Shown: positions 59,170 to 64,000 of the stretch, one piece after another
Position numbering within the stretch: the stretch's first letter is position 1
Layout: each line of letters begins with the position of its first letter
Assembly: GCA_038816475.1 (NCBI GenBank)
Contig: JAWBAI010000002.1
Span: forward strand, 96,001-160,000
Origin: Desulfurococcaceae archaeon
GTDB taxonomy: Archaea > Thermoproteota > Thermoprotei_A > Sulfolobales > Desulfurococcaceae
Reading direction: 5' to 3'
DNA: 64,000 bases
Notes under the pieces: generated by a model
Seen by the model: only the letters and a program-made list of their open reading frames with translations
What the model was told of the DNA's origin: nothing
Database searches by the model: none
Program-made: the position numbers and the translations under genes

Positions 59170-60033
59170 ATGAGCATTACACCCGAAAAAGAGCCTCTTC
59201 CAAAGCTGTACGTTGAACAGCTGGTGAAGAGCCTAAAACGCGGAGAGAGAGTAGATGGTCGTGGTTTACTAGACTACAGACCGATCTCGGTTATCCTTAA
59301 TCCAATAGAGAAGTCAGAAGGAAGTGCTCTCGTTAAGTTAGGTAAAACGCAGATCATTGCCGGTGTAAAACTGGACATAGGTGCACCATACCCGGATAGA
59401 CCAAACGAAGGTGTTTTACAGGTGCACGCGGAGTTTGTTCCACTGGCTTCACCATCCTTTGAACCCGGGCCTCCAGATGAGAACGCTATTGAACTTGCTA
59501 GGGTTATAGATAGATCTCTCAGAGAACCCAGAGTACTAGACCTCGAGAAGCTCATCATAGAACCTGGAAAACTAGCATGGGTTGTCTTTAACGACATATA
59601 CCTGGTAGACCACGCTGGAAACGCCATTGATGCTGGAATGCTGGCTTCTGTACTAGCTCTTGCAACAGCAAAAATGCCCCGGCTTCTGAAGCTAGAACAG
59701 GGCTACAAAATTGATAAGAGTAACAGGGAGAACCCGCTACCCGTGAGAAACATCGTTGTATCCGTAACCATGGGTATCATTGGCGATATCGTATTCGTAG
59801 ATCCCTCCCTCGAGGAAGAGTACATCGCTGAATCAGTAATCACAATCGCTGTGGACGAAGAGGGTAGAATATGCGGTATACAGAAGCGTGGTGAAAAAGG
59901 AATTACCAGGACTACGCTTGAAAAATCAGTAGACATAGCATTGAGCAAAGGAAGGTGGCTTATAAGCTACATTAAGAATATCCTAAATAACCCTGGTAAC
60001 TATGTTAAACCCCTATCGGAAATGGGTGCTTAA
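59170..60033 (+). CDS. rrp42: Exosome subunit Rrp42
   Basis: RVDGRGLLDYR, FEPGPPDENAIELARVIDR. Confidence 0.96.
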   Translation: MSITPEKEPLPKLYVEQLVKSLKRGERVDGRGLLDYRPISVILNPIEKSEGSALVKLGKTQIIAGVKLDIGAPYPDRPNEGVLQVHAEFVPLASPSFEPGPPDENAIELARVIDRSLREPRVLDLEKLIIEPGKLAWVVFNDIYLVDHAGNAIDAGMLASVLALATAKMPRLLKLEQGYKIDKSNRENPLPVRNIVVSVTMGIIGDIVFVDPSLEEEYIAESVITIAVDEEGRICGIQKRGEKGITRTTLEKSVDIALSKGRWLISYIKNILNNPGNYVKPLSEMGA

Positions 60034-60035
60034 GT

Positions 60036-60296
60036 GTGGCTAGAACAAAGGTTGTAAAGATAGCAGGTAGGTACGGAGCAAGATACGGAGCAACACTTAG
60101 AAAGAAAGTTAGAGATGTTCTAATGAAGCGCTACGCACCACACACATGCCCGTTTTGCGCTCACAGAGGAAGAGTAGTTAGGATTAGTACTGGAATATGG
60201 ATGTGTAAGAAGTGCGGAGCAAAGTGGACTGGAGGAGCGTATGTTCCTAGAACAGAACTATCGAAAACATTTCCAAGCGTTGTGGTCAGGGACTAG
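60036..60296 (+). CDS. rpl37ae: 50S ribosomal protein L37Ae (eL43)
   Basis: GRYGARYG..LRK, CPFC, GIW.CKKCG, GGAY.P. Confidence 0.97.
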   Translation: MARTKVVKIAGRYGARYGATLRKKVRDVLMKRYAPHTCPFCAHRGRVVRISTGIWMCKKCGAKWTGGAYVPRTELSKTFPSVVVRD

Positions 60297-60301
60297 GGTT
60301 T

Positions 60302-60853
60302 TTGATTCTTCTCACAACATCACATAGGCCTTCACCAAGAACTAGAAGCTTTATTAAAGACCTTGCATCTGTTCTTCCACGCTCTCAGAGAGTAAACAGA
60401 GGGCATAAAACAATCGTTGAACTAGCGATCGAGGCTCGGAGAAGAAACTGTTCTTTCCTAGCTATAGTTTCGGAGAAGCACGGTAATCCTGGTGCTATCC
60501 ACATATACGAGGTCAAAGACGGCTACCCGCATCCCTCCGTAGAGATGTTCGTGGGGGTAGAACTAGGTGGAGTTAAGCTTTCACGTGAAAACCCAGAATC
60601 CTCGAGAGCATACAATGCCGAGAGTATAAGCGTGGACTACACAAAGTGCCTATCCGATGACTGCTTCTACCTTGCCGATGCTTTGATCAAGGTATTCAGC
60701 AAAATACACAGTAATAGTGCTAGCTTGAAACTAGTACTAGAAGAATCCGAGTTCATCGTTGTAAAGTGGTTAAATGTTCACGGAAACCCTGTTGGTCCTC
60801 TGCTTGAAGTTAAAAGAGTTGTAAAAGGTGGATCATTTGAAAGTAGAAGTTAA
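60302..60853 (+). CDS. Brix/Imp4-domain ribosome biogenesis protein
   Basis: ILLTTSHRPSPRTRSFIKDL, NRG, GNP. Position in the exosome superoperon. Confidence 0.9.
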   Translation: MILLTTSHRPSPRTRSFIKDLASVLPRSQRVNRGHKTIVELAIEARRRNCSFLAIVSEKHGNPGAIHIYEVKDGYPHPSVEMFVGVELGGVKLSRENPESSRAYNAESISVDYTKCLSDDCFYLADALIKVFSKIHSNSASLKLVLEESEFIVVKWLNVHGNPVGPLLEVKRVVKGGSFESRS

Positions 60854-61118
60854 GTACAGCATCGAGTTCCCCTCGGAAAACCTGGGGTACGCCGTATACA
60901 GAGCTCTCGTACCTGACGTAAGAAACGTGCCTGAAGTCTGTAAAGCTGATATAAGCGTAGAAGGCAAACGACTTGTTTTAACCATGAACTGCAGTAGTAT
61001 AAGCAAGCTACGTGCACTCAACAACAGCTTTATAGGTGTTTTAGCACTTCTACTAAGAGTTGTAGGTGATGCCGAAAATGTCTACTGGAAAGCAACAGGA
61101 GAAAACTCTCCCACCTGA
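60828..61118 (+). CDS. pcc1: KEOPS subunit Pcc1
   Basis: VYRALVPD, ISKLRALNNS. Conserved position between the brix gene and pfdB. Confidence 0.85.
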   Translation: MDHLKVEVKYSIEFPSENLGYAVYRALVPDVRNVPEVCKADISVEGKRLVLTMNCSSISKLRALNNSFIGVLALLLRVVGDAENVYWKATGENSPT

Positions 61119-61458
61119 AGTTCAGCAACTACTCGTGCAGCATCAAACACTGAGAGATCACTACACTAGAATCGAAGCTGAACTACGCATAGTGGAGGCT
61201 GAGTTAAGCGAGATCGACAGTATCATTGATGCTCTGAAGAACTTGAGTGACGATGCTGAAGTGTACAAGGCTGTGGGACACGTACTTGTGAGAAAAACCA
61301 AAGCCGACATTTGGAAGGAACTCGAGGAGAGAAAAGAGCTCTTGGTGATAAAACGCGATAAGTACAAAAAGCAACTGGACTTTCTAAGTAAGCAGATAAA
61401 CGATCTCGAGAACAAAATACGCGAAGCTCTTGAAAAACATGGCTTAATTACAAGGTGA
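61066..61458 (+). CDS. pfdB: Prefoldin beta subunit
   Basis: LPPEVQ, VYKAVGHVLV hairpin, coiled coils. Likely start ATG 61078. Confidence 0.93.
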   Translation: MMPKMSTGKQQEKTLPPEVQQLLVQHQTLRDHYTRIEAELRIVEAELSEIDSIIDALKNLSDDAEVYKAVGHVLVRKTKADIWKELEERKELLVIKRDKYKKQLDFLSKQINDLENKIREALEKHGLITR

Positions 61459-61469
61459 AATAACCCAGA

Positions 61470-61778
61470 ATGAAGTCTAATAAACTGTATTTTTCTACAC
61501 TCAGTAGTCTGAGTGAAGATGAGCTAGAGGAGCTCGTAGATACACTGGAAAGGGAAGCTGAAAAACACCTTGAAAAAATTCTTCCCCCTAAAACAGACTA
61601 CAGCATAGTTATAAGCATTGTAAAAAAGAGCAACAGTGTTGATGTTGTTCTCGACGTTACAGTTAGAGGAAGTATTGCTTATTCAAGGGATTTCAACAAC
61701 GTAGTAGCAGAGACCATTAAGCACATCAGGGATAAACTCACAGAAGTTCTTGAAAGTAGAGTTAAGCTTCAAGAATAA
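61470..61778 (+). CDS. Hypothetical protein (DUF3194-like)
   Basis: LSEDELEEL...alpha/beta. Typical position after pfdB. Confidence 0.65.
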   Translation: MKSNKLYFSTLSSLSEDELEELVDTLEREAEKHLEKILPPKTDYSIVISIVKKSNSVDVVLDVTVRGSIAYSRDFNNVVAETIKHIRDKLTEVLESRVKLQE

Positions 61779-61861
61779 AAGCTAAAAAGCAATTCTGAGT
61801 TCTAAAGTATAAATCGCCCTCTGAGAATAGTGAACTCTGTGCTTTCAAGAGGTAGATAACC

Positions 61862-64000
61862 ATGGTAAAGTACAAGCAGACGATCGAAGTACTCAAGATA
61901 ATGAGAAACATAGAGCAGGTTAGAAACATTGGCATTACAGCTCACGTAGACCACGGTAAAACCACAACTTCGGATTCACTGCTCAGCGCTGCTGGTTTAC
62001 TCTCGGAGAAGCTCGCTGGACAAGCACTTGCATTAGACTACCTGGACATCGAGCAGAGAAGACAGATGACTGTTAAAGCCGCAAACGTAAGCCTTTACCA
62101 CGAGTACAAGGGTAAACCCTACGTGATAAACCTGATCGATACACCGGGACACGTTGATTTTCAGTCAAAGACCCTGAGAGCTTTGAGAGCTATTGATGGA
62201 GCAATAGTTGTTGTTGACGCTGTGGAAGGCGTGATGACTCAAACGGAAATGTACCTGCGTGTTGCTCTGGAGGAGAGAGTTAAACCAATACTCTTCATAA
62301 ACAAGATAGACAGGTTGATAAAGGAGCTGAAGCTTTCTCCAAGTCAAATACAGCAGAGGCTTGTGCAAATAATCAAGGACATTAACACCTTGATATCCAT
62401 GTACGCTGATAAGGAGTTTCAAAAAGCATGGCTTCTGGACCCGGCTAAAGGGCAAGTAGCATTCGGCTCTGCCAGAGATAGATGGGGGTTAACGATTCCA
62501 CTAGCACAGCAGAAGGGCATCAAGATCTCGGATATAATTGATGCTTACAACCGAGGTAAAGAAGGAGTAGCTGAACTTCAAAAGCAAGTACCGCTACACG
62601 AAGCTCTGCTCGACATGGTGGTAAAGTTCCTGCCTAATCCCAGGGAAGCTCAAAAGTACAGAATACCGAAGATTTGGCATGGTGATCTCAACAGCGAGGT
62701 AGCAAAAGCCATGGTAGAGTGCGATCCAAACGGACCCTTAGTAATGATGGCTACAGACGTGAAAGTAGACCCACACGCTGGTCTAGTTGCTACCGGTAGA
62801 GTTTTCTCTGGAACAGTGAAACCGGGAGAAGAGGTCTTCCTGGTGAACGCTAGAACAGCTCAGCGTGTTCTACAGGTAGGGCTCTACATGGGTCCTTACC
62901 GGGAGATCGCAGACTACATAACAGCTGGAAACATCGCAGCTACTCTAGGACTGGACAAGGCTAGAGCTGGTGAAACCATAGTATCCCCGTTACTGAAGGA
63001 CGTCATGACGCCCTTTGAAAGGTTCAGAATGATAACAGAATCCGTTGTAACCGTTGCATTAGAACCAAAGAACCCACAGCAGTTAACCAAGATGATCGAT
63101 TCTCTCTACAAGCTACACCTGGAAGACCCAAGCCTTGTTGTAAAAATAAACGAGGAAACAGGAGAGTACATACTCAGCGGTGTTGGTACTCTTCACATTG
63201 AAATAGCACTAACTCTTCTCAAGGAGATGTACGGACTAGAAGTTGTAGCTTCACCACCGGTGATCGTCTACAGAGAAACCATAAGAGATAAAAGCCAGAT
63301 ATTCGAAGGTAAATCACCCAACAAGCACAACAAGTTCTACATTAGCGTTGAACCCTTGGACGAGGAAGCGATTAAGCTAATACAGGAGGGTATAATCACG
63401 GAGGACATGGATCCAAGAGAACGAGCCAAGCTGCTTCGAGACCACGCTGGATGGGATACCGATGTTGCTAGAAGAATAATAGCTATCGACGAGAACATAA
63501 ATGTTCTCGTGGACCTAACAACCGGAGTTCAGTACCTGAGAGAAGTTAGAGATACGCTAATACAAGGCTTTAGGCTTGCAGTAAGAGAGGGTCCACTAGC
63601 TCACGAGCCGGTGAGAGGACTCAAGGTAATACTACACGACGCTGTGATCCACGAAGACCCAGCGCACAGAGGTCCTGCACAGATATACCCAGCGGTTAGA
63701 AACGCTATATTCGCAGGTTTTCTCACGTCTAAACCAACACTTCTAGAACCGATACTGAAGCTGGATATTAGAACACCATTAGAGTACATTGGTAACATAT
63801 CAGTTATTATTACGAAGAAACGCGGTAAAATGCTCGATGTTCAACAGAGTGAAAACCTAGCTAGAATACTAGCTGAAGTACCGGTTGCAGAGTCCTTTGA
63901 CTTAGCAGACATGCTCAGAAACGCTACAGCAGGTAAAGCTATATGGGGTCAGGACTTCAGCCGCTGGGCACCTGTACCGGAGTCTCTGCTAATGGACCTG
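61862..64000 (+). CDS. fusA: Translation elongation factor aEF-2 (truncated by the window end; absent from the ORF track)
   Basis: Hand translation: [33 protein letters not shown], diphthamide loop [12 protein letters not shown]. Confidence 0.98.
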   Translation, partial: MVKYKQTIEVLKIMRNIEQVRNIGITAHVDHGKTTTSDSLLSAAGLLSEKLAGQALALDYLDIEQRRQMTVKAANVSLYHEYKGKPYVINLIDTPGHVDFQSKTLRALRAIDGAIVVVDAVEGVMTQTEMYLRVALEERVKPILFINKIDRLIKELKLSPSQIQQRLVQIIKDINTLISMYADKEFQKAWLLDPAKGQVAFGSARDRWGLTIPLAQQKGIKISDIIDAYNRGKEGVAELQKQVPLHEALLDMVVKFLPNPREAQKYRIPKIWHGDLNSEVAKAMVECDPNGPLVMMATDVKVDPHAGLVATGRVFSGTVKPGEEVFLVNARTAQRVLQVGLYMGPYREIADYITAGNIAATLGLDKARAGETIVSPLLKDVMTPFERFRMITESVVTVALEPKNPQQLTKMIDSLYKLHLEDPSLVVKINEETGEYILSGVGTLHIEIALTLLKEMYGLEVVASPPVIVYRETIRDKSQIFEGKSPNKHNKFYISVEPLDEEAIKLIQEGIITEDMDPRERAKLLRDHAGWDTDVARRIIAIDENINVLVDLTTGVQYLREVRDTLIQGFRLAVREGPLAHEPVRGLKVILHDAVIHEDPAHRGPAQIYPAVRNAIFAGFLTSKPTLLEPILKLDIRTPLEYIGNISVIITKKRGKMLDVQQSENLARILAEVPVAESFDLADMLRNATAGKAIWGQDFSRWAPVPESLLMDL

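Noticed and set aside
5-63798. Numerous 60-240 aa antisense or alternate-frame ORFs in the track (e.g. 12501-13061+, 36085-36573+, 58387-59109-)
   Set aside because: They shadow well-supported genes and have the Ser/Leu/Phe-rich composition of antisense reading.
1-64000. CRISPR array, cas genes, transposase, intein
   Set aside because: No regularly spaced direct repeats or recognisable motifs seen. Housekeeping proteins have normal lengths.

Overview
Core-genome segment of a hyperthermophilic crenarchaeon. Gene content (CdvA, Cren7-like protein, TFB2/TFE-beta, GatDE, exosome superoperon) points to Thermoproteota, most likely Desulfurococcales. It holds about 65 tightly packed CDS, dominated by translation and RNA maturation (GlyRS, EndA, Sua5, TmcA, Trm1, Nop5/fibrillarin, Gar1, SRP19, S8e, S30e, L37ae, Sdo1, Rrp4/41/42, Brix, Pcc1, EF-2), proteostasis (Cdc48, thermosome, prefoldin, PsmA, TldD/E, S2P) and central metabolism. 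There is one tRNA-Leu(CAG), followed by a ~2.2 kb accessory patch with a membrane-anchored GH99-like glycosidase, decayed ORFs and a 31-aa membrane micro-ORF. Not shown by the ORF track: (1) at least 6-7 intergenic box C/D guide RNAs with recognisable rRNA- or tRNA-complementary guides; (2) the tRNA-splicing endonuclease frame extends ~240 nt upstream with no ATG/GTG/TTG (candidate ACG start), and a second gene looks ATT-initiated; (3) a B12/radical-SAM/TRAM-like enzyme whose radical-SAM motif is split by a ferredoxin-like Cys insert; (4) rps30e and the truncated EF-2 gene. No CRISPR array, transposase or intact integrase was seen. All calls come from motif recognition by eye. No database searches were run, and rRNA/tRNA targets are recalled consensus sequences.
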